Source: Elsinoe ampelina | Taxonomy: Eukaryota | Assembly (NCBI GenBank): GCA_010093995.1 | Contig: ML992507.1 | Coordinates: 617,576 to 681,575, forward strand | Length of the DNA stretch: 64,000 nucleotides | Reading direction: 5' to 3' | Shown here: in pieces, positions 46,017 through 55,588 of the stretch | Position numbering within the stretch: the stretch's first letter is position 1 | Layout: each line of letters begins with the position of its first letter | Notes under the pieces: model-generated | What the model saw: the letters and a program-made list of their open reading frames with translations, nothing else | The model's database searches: none | Told to the model about the DNA's origin: nothing | Translations under genes and position numbers: made by a program

Positions 46017-46190
46017 CTACGTCGAGCACTCCCAACACTTGGAAGTGGAGTCAGATACATATACCGGCATAGAGCACAGCGAGTCGTTGGGCGTTGCTAG
46101 ACACTCTCTGCTGGTATAGCTGTCCAGGTAGAACCACCGGTCAGAGTCGGGGTTGTATCGTATCCGAGAGGAGAAGAAGTCGCGACACAT
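46017..46190 (-). pseudogene. Decayed orphan member of the Met-Cys family (57 codons to first TAG, frame remnants continue)
   Basis: MCRDFFSSRIR(Y)NPDSDRWFYLDSYTSRECLATPNDSLC...KCWECST*AQVEAFMLEKIQNHTL*NRLRNSL...; codon 12 is TAC where the family has TGC/TGT. Confidence 0.5.
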
Positions 46191-46654
46191 CGCGTGTCAT
46201 CCCTGGAGCATCTCAGAACATATCACGATGCCCTGGTAGTTTGCTAGCAGGGATACTACCATAGTTACATGTCGTACACAGTTCAGAGGACTGCTACCAA
46301 CTGCAGTGTAGGATGCAGGGGTATAAGGCATTTCCTGATCCTGGGAAGATTGATTAAGTGTCAGGCCTGCAAGTGCCACGAGGCGAGCTATGAGGTCCCA
46401 CCAAGCTAGAGGACCAGCTGGTAGTTCCTGAAACTGACGATGTCCGACCCTATAAGTCATCCCTAAGGTCCAATCCACGCTTTTCACATTTCACATGGCT
46501 GCCTGATTTCTTCCTATATATAAGTCTGTTCCTTCCTCCTTTGTACTCTCCTTCCTTCGTCTTATACCACCTTTATCTGCCTTACCTTAGCCTACTAGCA
46601 ACTACTACATCAACCCATTTTACCATTACTCTACTAGCCTACTCTATCACTAGT

Positions 46655-47161
46655 ATAGCTCCAACCCTGCTTCTTACTGTGAATGGTCCTCCTGGCACTG
46701 TCTAGGCTAAGGCTATCCTCATAGCTACAAAGGCGCTTGCCGGCTAGCCTGTCAACACGGATAAGTGCACTGTAGAGGATAAGCTGGTTTGTTTATCACT
46801 TACATCTTACTTATTATAATATACTAATTATTTGCTATAGATTGGTACCTCTCAAATTTATATGTGGCTTAGTCTAGCTATTAGTCTCCTCTTAGAGAAT
46901 AACTCTCCTACACGCTTCTACCCGCACATTAAGGAACTAGCTAACATGCTCTCCTTCTAGTCTGGCCTAGTATACTTCCAGGACTGCTATAGGCCTTTGC
47001 TAGCTATGCCAGACAGCATCAGCATTGCCGACAAGCTGTCTAACAATGGTCTGGCCTACTACAAGGTCCAGGAGGATAGGGTGGCAGTCTTGATGATCAC
47101 TAAGCTTTTGGCCGGCAAGCGGGCAGTCCATCTGGTAGTTCCGAAGCTCTTTCACTACTAG
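46655..47161 (+). pseudogene. RIP-like mutated spliced gene relic
   Basis: TATA-like box near 46515; ATA in place of ATG at 46655; 54-nt intron 46787-46840 (GTTTGT..CTAAT..TAG); in-frame stops 46703, 46745, 46958, 47159 are all TAG; local TpA excess. Confidence 0.65.
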
Positions 47162-48437
47162 TATCCCGTCTACTCTTCTCGATGGAATGGACCTTATAAG
47201 AGAGGTAGCCCTACAAATGCTCCTCACAGGTCAATTCGTAGCATACAGAGGCAAGTCTACCAGCTGCTGGGGAATTCAACACCGCACAGCTGATCACATG
47301 GACCCGTAACATCGCAAGCTCGACACAGCGAAACCCTTCTACGCTGAGCTGGTCAAACTCGGCCCGGACGCTCACCCTCACGCAGTCTGCGTTTGAAAAG
47401 ACACCGTATCTGACCCAGCGATGCTCAGTTTCGGCGAACGCTTTTTCGCACACGTGCTCGGCTTATACAACCAGCACAATTGGAATCGATTGATACGACT
47501 ACTACCTCCTTGGGCTATGCCGTAACAGCCACGAGGGGCATCATTCCTACCAATGCTCGACCATGCTGGGAGCACGTTAGCGGCAAAACCGAATTTTGAA
47601 ATCTGTATCGGCCAAATTGTCGTCAAGTCGAGAGAAAGACGTCGCACAGAGGGCTGCGAAGGCAGATACGTATACTTGTGTAACATGCGGAAGCAACCAT
47701 TCACCACATGGTTGGAAGGCCTGCCTAAGTGGCGCACTCGGATTCGACTGCATGGTATGTTACAACTACCATCGCCTCCATGGTACAACACGCCCCCAAG
47801 ACGTCACTAACCTCAACGATGATCGCAATTCACGTCCGGCGTGACCAACAGGGGATGACGAATGTGCACATCCGGACTGCCACATGAACCCCAATGGCTA
47901 CAACTTCGACCAGGTTTAGTTCACCTGGAACTACGAGCTGAGCGGTCGGCTTTTGTTACATGCGGCTCGTACGTCAACAGAAACGGCTTCCTTATCGTTT
48001 TCACGGCCGGGAAGCGCATCTACGTCAATTGGCTCCCATCTACTACCATCAAGGCTCGCAAGCTGTCTCACCAACTTCGCCTGCTTCAAGATCTGCGCAT
48101 ACTCGTAGAATTATCCAGACAGATACACCTGTTGTTCGCCTCCCAAGTAGGTGGACGATACCTTTCTCTTGATTTCGACCTCTCCAGCTCGCGAACTTCG
48201 CTACAATGAGCTGGGAAAAAAATGCAGTATGTCGATATGTGTCTCTGTAGCTCTGTGCATTTGCGATCGGTGCTAGAATCGGCATGACTTCGGGGCTTGT
48301 TGTGGGATAGTGTACCCTCCTGAGAGTATCACACTCAAGTCGCCAATACCTGCGATAACGATGTCACTCGTCAAGATCTTGCCCGCTCGATCTAGACGCT
48401 TCTGAGAATCATAGCTTACATCACAGATCGAGCACCT

Positions 48438-51400
48438 TCATTCTGATTCCTGGTTGAACATAGTTGCCCTTGGCGCTCGGGCGACGGTCGGAGCATTTAG
48501 CCATTTGATAGCGTTGTCAAAAAGTGGATGATCCTTATGCAGCTCCGTCACTAGTTCGATGGGCGTTCTTTGCTTCTCTGCAGTCGACGGATCTCGCAGA
48601 TAGGTGATTGAACAAGAGCTCCTGATCGAAGTCGATGCCCCTGCTAACACCAGCGTTTCGACAACTTGCAGAGAACCTCTGTAACAGGCTTGCCAGAGCG
48701 GCGTTGTCTGGTCTGCGCACATGACATCAACCTCAATCTTCTTTTTGGATAGTATGTAATCAACGACGAGTCTGTATCCAAGACTTGCGGCCACCCATAG
48801 CCAAATCTCGTCAGCGTGGCGTCGGTCAATTCCTTTCACATTCAATGCCAAGAATACTGGTTCTAGTAGCTGAGTCTCTGAAGACAACGATCGTCTGTAC
48901 AAACGATTCAGGGAATAAGATTCTAGACCAGATGGCTCATGCGCGTACGTAAGAGCAAGAATCGCAGAGGCCTTGTCGAAGGCAGTCTCAGGAATTGTTT
49001 CGACCAGTCTATCGGGGGGCCTAAAATGACTACGATACAGCTCTCCCTTTGGGGAGAACAGAGAGGCTCTATGAGCAGCTAGTGGAAGCTCATGGAAAAT
49101 CGATTGTATCGTAACGAGCATATCCGCAGTAATCCAAGGTCCTGAGGAATGTGAATCAGGGTCGCGAGAAACTCGAAAATGATCCTGATTTTCCACGTGA
49201 GGAACGATTCGTGTGCGCAATTTTGCAACGCATCTTTGCCAATGGCCACAAAGGATGCTGAAGAACGCGTGCCTTGGGTTCATGAGGCCGATTTGTATGA
49301 ATGCTGCAGGGTCATCGAGGCTAACACTGAGCTCTGAAGCTGTGTCAAAGGTATCATAGTCGACATGACTTAATCTCGTCAATACGCCGTACAAGCATTG
49401 AGACGCTGCGTCTCTAGAGGATCGTTGTTGAACATTCCTCAAGCTATACTGCAGTAACCTCAAGTGATTCTCCCAGTCTTCGAGAAGATAGGTTATGAGA
49501 TTTTGAGCGTCACCGCACTGGGCCTCGTCCAAGGCTCGCGCAAGCCATCCCCGATCAAGCCATGCCCGATTAAGCCATCCCCGATTAAGCCATACTCGAG
49601 TAGTATGTCGCTTTGTGGCATATTTGTTCAAAATATTCATCAGAACGGACCATTTCCTTGTCGAAACAAGGTTCTCGAGCAGCTGATCGAATGAATGGGC
49701 GCTCATCCCGTTTGAGACATGGTGGTCCGGCACAAATTCATAAAGAGAATTGTCCAGGGTTGAGGAAAACAAGCTGTCAATGGTTTCCCAGCAAGCGTGC
49801 TCGTCCTCAAATTCACTTGCAATCGTCAGCGGGAGCTTTCCGGCGTGATCGGCCTGTTGCAACCAGATCATGGTTTTTTCGTTGGCGAGCCCCGGTCTCA
49901 CCGCGACAAGACGGCTCATACGAAAGATGTGCTCAATGCAGAGGGAATTTGCACCAATCACTGCGCAGTGCAGCGCATTTCGCCCTTGTCCTCTTACAGT
50001 GTTGACAGGATCCAAGGACTGTGCCAGCTTCCGCATATGAGTTTTATCACGGATGCCGCCTTCCATATACCATAATGTAATATTGTTGCGGCCATTGAGC
50101 GCAGCGACACGTAATGGTGTGTTTCCGTTTGCATCACTTTGGAAAATATCGGCGCCTTTGATCTTGAGGGCAATTGCGTCGAACATTTCAAGATTCCCGA
50201 GCTGTGCTGCCAAGTGTAGTGAAGATCCCTGCGTTTCTAGCATGATCGACCTATTCGCTAGATCCAGACTGACTTTTGCTGCTTTCTGGCTCCTGCTCTG
50301 TTCGATCGCGAGGATGAGGAGAGCATGATGGTTGTGGGAGATGGCCCAAACGAACAGCGCCAGAAGATGGTTGAACCAGGAGTGCTGTTGGGATGGCCAT
50401 GGATAGACTATAGAACTTGCTTGCTCGAACACTAGTTTGGAGAATATTGACCATGCCTCCGCGTCTTTGCTGGTGAGCTGCTTGTTGTTGGTAATCCAAG
50501 CGCGTCTGGCGAAGTCTATGAACTTCCCGCCGATAGTCCAGGTCATACCCGCAGATCGAGTGCTGTGGAGGACGACAGGGCCGGACACGCCTTCTTTACC
50601 AGTGAGTAAACGAAACCACTTTCCTGTTGTCTTAGAGGCGTGCGGTAGGTCGATAGTTGCTCTTCCACGTGGTTCGTGTCTTACCATCGCTTTCTCTCCG
50701 GAAAGAGATAAAAGGCAGTAGTGTCCAAGCTCCAATTGGGCAGATCTAAGCCCTGCTTCGAAATTGCAAGCCTCCTGCGACGACCCGGCAAATACGTACT
50801 GGCGCGCTGAGTGGTGAATGGGAGACAGAGTACCTTGCTCGTCAAGATATAACAGGTTGGCACAACTCCCCATGATTTGCCGTTCGGAAAGCTTCGTATC
50901 CGCTGTGTGTCCGAGCGTGGTACCAACCTTGCGTAGGATGAGGAGTTCTCGCAGCTCTTCAATGTGAATAGGTTCTGCAGTTGCACAGACGTATCGGAGA
51001 GCGCGCGAAGATAATTCCGCATCGGCCGGTCGAACGCGGCTGAGACATTTCCGGTAAGTCTCGTGAAGTGTGCCTGGTAGTCTCTGGTCGAGATAAAATT
51101 CGATATCTTGCTCGTCTTTGCAATCATCCCACATGTCCTGGACGAGCAGCTTGACCCATAGAAACCTGATAGCTTAGCATAGTCAGGGTTGGATGCGTGT
51201 TGATACTCACATTGCTCCAGTCCTAATGAATAAGGCATTTTGTATGCGCGAGAGGGTCACAATGTTGCTTACAATGGGTTTGTCCTCATTCTTCTCGTCA
51301 ACGAGATGCGAAATGTAGCGATCAAGATCAGCATGCAGACCACGGTTGACGGTAGATAGCTCGATGATTCGACAATTATCGAGAATTCTGTTGATATCTT

Positions 51401-53401
51401 TGGCCTCTTCTTGTCTCGCTGAAATAAACAACATGGCACCATTTGAGGTCAACTTCTTGAACGACCGCAGGAGTTTCAGCCGGGCATCCGATTCGCAGTC
51501 CTCGATTCCGTCCATAATGATGATCAATGAGTCCGCTTGTTCGGCGAGTGGCATGAACAGCATGTCCAGAAGATTGTTGAGGCTGGGACGGGGTGATCTT
51601 GGTCCATAGAGCGAAGTTATCACGGCAAGATGATCCTCCGCATTCCCAGGGTCCAGAATTATCAGCTGCTTGAGAAGAGCTTCTATCATGTCCATTGATG
51701 ACATCTTGTCCAGAGGCGCGGCGACGGAGCAGAATGAGATGATCTTCGTTTCAGAAGACCGCTGCGTAGTTTGAAGATGTTCTATGACCGTTGATCTGGC
51801 CCGGTCAACTGCAAGCAAGCAGACGTCTGACGCTCAGTACTCACGTGATCAGCGTCTTCCCGGATCCGACTTTGTGTGTTAGACATCGCCACCGATGGAA
51901 GGGAGGGGAACCTACTGATTCCTTTTAGTAAGAATGCGCCTCTCCCACATGCTTGCCAATCAAGAAATGATTCCTCCTTTAGCAGCCATTCCGTTGTTCC
52001 TGCAAGCTTTTGGCAACCAACGCGCTTCAACGCAACATCTGGATCGTATTTTGATATGTTATCGAAGAGGTTGAATGGTACACCATCCTGTGTCCCTATG
52101 CCGGATTAGTAGGTATGTCAAGCTGTAAGAGGGCGACAGACAGGTAGACCGGGTCAAGATGTTGTTCCAAGTCTCATTTCTCAGCAGACGTAACTGTCGG
52201 TGATAAAGGGTGAGCGTCTTGGCCGAAGATGCTAGTCGGGGTCAGCTGAGATTCTTGGCGAACGACGTGGATGAGTGTGATATTGCGCTGCCTCACGGAC
52301 TAATGATATTGTGCCAGACTTTCTCGGTGCATCAATTGCTCTGCGCATTTCTGGAGCCGCAAGAAACAATCTTCTTTTCTGATGTAATCATCTGTGATCT
52401 GTGCCACCACGTTGGATTTCTCGGGCTTGTCCATCTTGATGTCGCCCCCACTCGGTGCGCTGAACCTGAAACAGCGATGGTCCTGAAATAAATTTGTTCG
52501 ACTCTTTTGGAATCGTTCGGCAGTATTCTCGGTCTCAGTTGCAATGTCCTTGAGAGTGTTGAAGAGAGAGGAGGCGCTTTCGCCGACGGCCTTGAGCGAC
52601 CTGATGCCCGTGCCAACCGAGACGAGACAATTCAAGTTATTCGTCAAGGTCTCGTGTGGGCCGAGTATGTCCTGCATCTCTTCCCACAGCTTGTCTACAG
52701 GATTGTTGCAACCAGTGCCGCCATCAAGGAAGCGCCGTCTAGTAGGACCAATTTCGATAGGCTCGAAGAAGCTGGATGCTGCGGATGTTGCACGAGCCGC
52801 TTCCCAAATCTTAGTGCATTTGTATAGCTCGGCGGGACCACGAGCACGCGGATAAGAGGCAAGTATCTCGGTGGACGGTCCGACGCCTGTCGCTGTCACA
52901 AAGCTGAATCCGTCAGATAGGATGACTGAAGGTTATACCATGACTGACACTTTGCAGGCTACACCACCTTCGGCCTTCAACAAGGCTTCAGAAGCTTTGC
53001 CCTTCGACTGTATGATCTCCTTGATGCCATCTTCTAAAGCGTCGTGACTGTAGCGCTCTTTGATTTGACCTCTCGCACCGACAGGGATGTGCCGTTTCTT
53101 TGTGAAGATCTTCTCTTGAAGTCCGAGAAATGCTTCGATACATTCTTCAACAGACATCTCCAACCGGCCGAGCATGATAGCAATGAGCCTGGACTACATG
53201 TCAGCTGCATCCACTTTTCAGATATTCTTGCAGCACTGACCCGCCTGTACTTGTCCCACCGATCATGTCGAAGTAGTCGCATGGCTTCGGCGGATTTCCA
53301 CTCTCGATCTGTTCCATCAACTTTTGTATGATCAGTAGAGCCGAAAGTCCTTTGATGCCGCCGCCATCGATGGACAGCAAGTTGAGATTGCGACCGGGCA
53401 T
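48438..53401 (-). CDS. Fungal NLR-like protein: patatin phospholipase - NACHT - ankyrin repeats (multi-exon; patatin-NACHT junction inferred)
   Basis: Patatin DGGGIKG, GTSTG, FLDGG; NACHT GTTEWLL...W, spliced Walker A GIIGSGKT, Walker [25 protein letters not shown]; ankyrins [33 protein letters not shown] 90-nt linker exon 52231-52142 joins the frames. Confidence 0.78.
49542..49593 (-). repeat. 15-bp coding tandem repeat, ~3.5 copies ([20 protein letters not shown])
   Basis: Plus strand AAGCCATCCCCGATC AAGCCATGCCCGATT AAGCCATCCCCGATT AAGCCAT. Confidence 0.9.
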
Positions 53402-53834
53402 TGTTGCGAATGAGGGCTCGCCTTCCTACCAGCATCACTGTACCTGATAGTGTACTAAGAATGTTCGAGAGCTCAATCTTGTTGCATCTCAGCTACACAA
53501 AAGAAGGCACAGTCCGACGGCACGGGGTGCAGCTCCTCAGCGCTTGACCGTCCAATAGTTGACATGCTCCTTATGCATGGCGTCAATTAGCCCAAACACC
53601 CTACAAGCACGATGCGACCGTCCATAAGCCTGTTGCCAAATGATGTATATCACACTCATGTAATGATGGCCGCGGATGAAGTTGAAGTTGATCAAGTGGC
53701 AACACATGCTTTTTTGAGTTTCGCGGCCCGCCTACAGTACCGAACTCACACCTCGTAAATACACAATGCTCGGAATGGTCACGATACAAGATGTCGCCTA
53801 CTTATCTCTGGATCGATAGGTCTCTGCACCAGCC

Positions 53835-55109
53835 ATGAGCTTTCTCGTCCTTCCAGCTGAGATCCGCCAGCAAATCTACCTGCTCATCTTACCAGACCTT
53901 TCACAGCGTCTTCTCTACCCCTACGACCCCGACGCCTGGCAGCTCACTGAGATCCCCTCCAATCAACCTGGACGTGAGCCCGAGCAACGGATCGCCTACA
54001 ACTACCAGCTGCTGGCCGCCGCTCCCTTCCCTCTTCCCCTCCTGTACACTTGCAGGGACTCCCGACTCTTCTCTCAGTCGTGGGTTAAGCAGCATTCGAT
54101 CCTCCCTCTACATCCCGTCTCCGCATCCTCCACCCCCGCTATAGCTCCTCGACATGGCCCTCCTGGAGAACCCTCGCCAGATCAACCCTCCCCTCATCAA
54201 TGCTCCCCACAGCAACGCTCTCCCCAGCAGATATCCTACCAGCAAACGTCCCCCCAGGACCCTTCCCCTCAGCACTCCTCTCAACAAGTAGTAGTCGCTC
54301 AGTCATCCTTGCCCCGGGAAGCCTCCTCCTCCTCCTCCTCCTCCTCCTCCTCACCCCCACATCCCTCTTCCCCAACACCCTCGTCCCCACACCTCCCCTC
54401 CACCTCCACTGCTGAACCCCACAAACCTCAGCCCCTCTTCTACCGCCCCCCTTGCCCGGAACACGACGCGATCCTCCTCCCCCCGCACCCCCTAGGCCTC
54501 CCGATCCGCACCCCAAAAACACTCTCCCGTCTGCACTCCTGCCCGATCACTCCCCTCGCCTTCCCCCTCGCCATCCCGCGCTCTCTCATCGGCGACGAAC
54601 CCGCCTGGCCCTACTTCGTTGAGCGTCTGCTCGATGGCTCCCCGTTCGCTCCCGGGAAGGTGTATATCCTTCTCCCGCCTGCGAAGTCAGATAGTGGTAA
54701 AGGAAAGGGGGAGGGAGACGGAGAGGCAGGTGGAGACGGAGAGGGAGACGGAGAGGGAGGGCGAGGGGGAGGGGGAGGGGAAGGGGGAGGGATAGAAGGC
54801 CAGTGGAGTCGAAGCGCGGCCTTAGAGAGGCGAACAGAGGGGCAAAGAGAAACACAGCGGGGAAAGGGGAGGAGGATCGAGAGAGCGCAGGGGGGAGGGG
54901 AGCATAGGCAGGGTTGGGCTTTCTCCGAAGCCGCCGACATGGTGGAGGCGGATGCCGTAGACAGGCTAAAGGAGGAGATCAATAGGATGCTCGCGATGGG
55001 CCCGTTCACGAGGAGAGGGCCTTGGACCCAGAGGAAGTTAAGGCGGAGGGTGAGGGCGAGGGAGAAGACTGCGTTTGTTTTTGCCAGGGCGGCGGAGGTG
55101 GATATGTGA
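53835..55109 (+). CDS. Hypothetical protein with 2EXR/F-box-like N-terminus and low-complexity inserts, 424 aa
   Basis: SFLVLPAEIRQQIY...LLYTCRDSR; degenerate xSPxQ pentapeptide repeats, poly-Ser, Gly/Glu tract. Confidence 0.65.
   Translation: MSFLVLPAEIRQQIYLLILPDLSQRLLYPYDPDAWQLTEIPSNQPGREPEQRIAYNYQLLAAAPFPLPLLYTCRDSRLFSQSWVKQHSILPLHPVSASSTPAIAPRHGPPGEPSPDQPSPHQCSPQQRSPQQISYQQTSPQDPSPQHSSQQVVVAQSSLPREASSSSSSSSSSPPHPSSPTPSSPHLPSTSTAEPHKPQPLFYRPPCPEHDAILLPPHPLGLPIRTPKTLSRLHSCPITPLAFPLAIPRSLIGDEPAWPYFVERLLDGSPFAPGKVYILLPPAKSDSGKGKGEGDGEAGGDGEGDGEGGRGGGGGEGGGIEGQWSRSAALERRTEGQRETQRGKGRRIERAQGGGEHRQGWAFSEAADMVEADAVDRLKEEINRMLAMGPFTRRGPWTQRKLRRRVRAREKTAFVFARAAEVDM
54322..54351 (+). repeat. (CCT)10 microsatellite encoding poly-Ser
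   Basis: Direct reading of sequence. Confidence 0.95.
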
Positions 55110-55588
55110 TCCGATCCAGTGACGAGAAAGACGTTTGTGTCATCAAGGGAAGGTGCAGAAGGGGGGTGGGTTTTCTCCATCGATACCTGGATGGTAAATA
55201 ATGGATGGCTACGCATCAGCTTGTTGACAAGGTCACATCGGCACAGGAAGGTTGGACTCAAGGCATTACCACATCGATTCCTTCTTGAGTGACATGTACA
55301 TGTATCTTCCCCTTGCTCCTCTCCTCGTTCTGCTCTATCGCTCCTCTGCTTCCCTGGTGACCTTTTCCGACTCGACCAATCCCTGCAAGTCTGCCCGCTA
55401 GCAATACTCATCTAATCCTGCTTTGCTGTTCCTCCATCCAATATAAAGTAGAAGAAAAACCACAACGAATGGGTATGATCGTAGAAATCCATCAGAAAAA
55501 GCAAAGACGCTTCTTCTTTTCCTCCCTCTGTCCCCCTATCCTTCCGTCCCTGCTTGACTTTCTCTCCGGGCTCCTTTCAATGCCTCAC

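Noticed and set aside
47214..48400. Possible spliced gene fragments (GTATGT donor near 47755, CTAAC..CAG acceptor)
   Set aside because: Could not assemble a continuous frame or recognise a domain; at most another relic.
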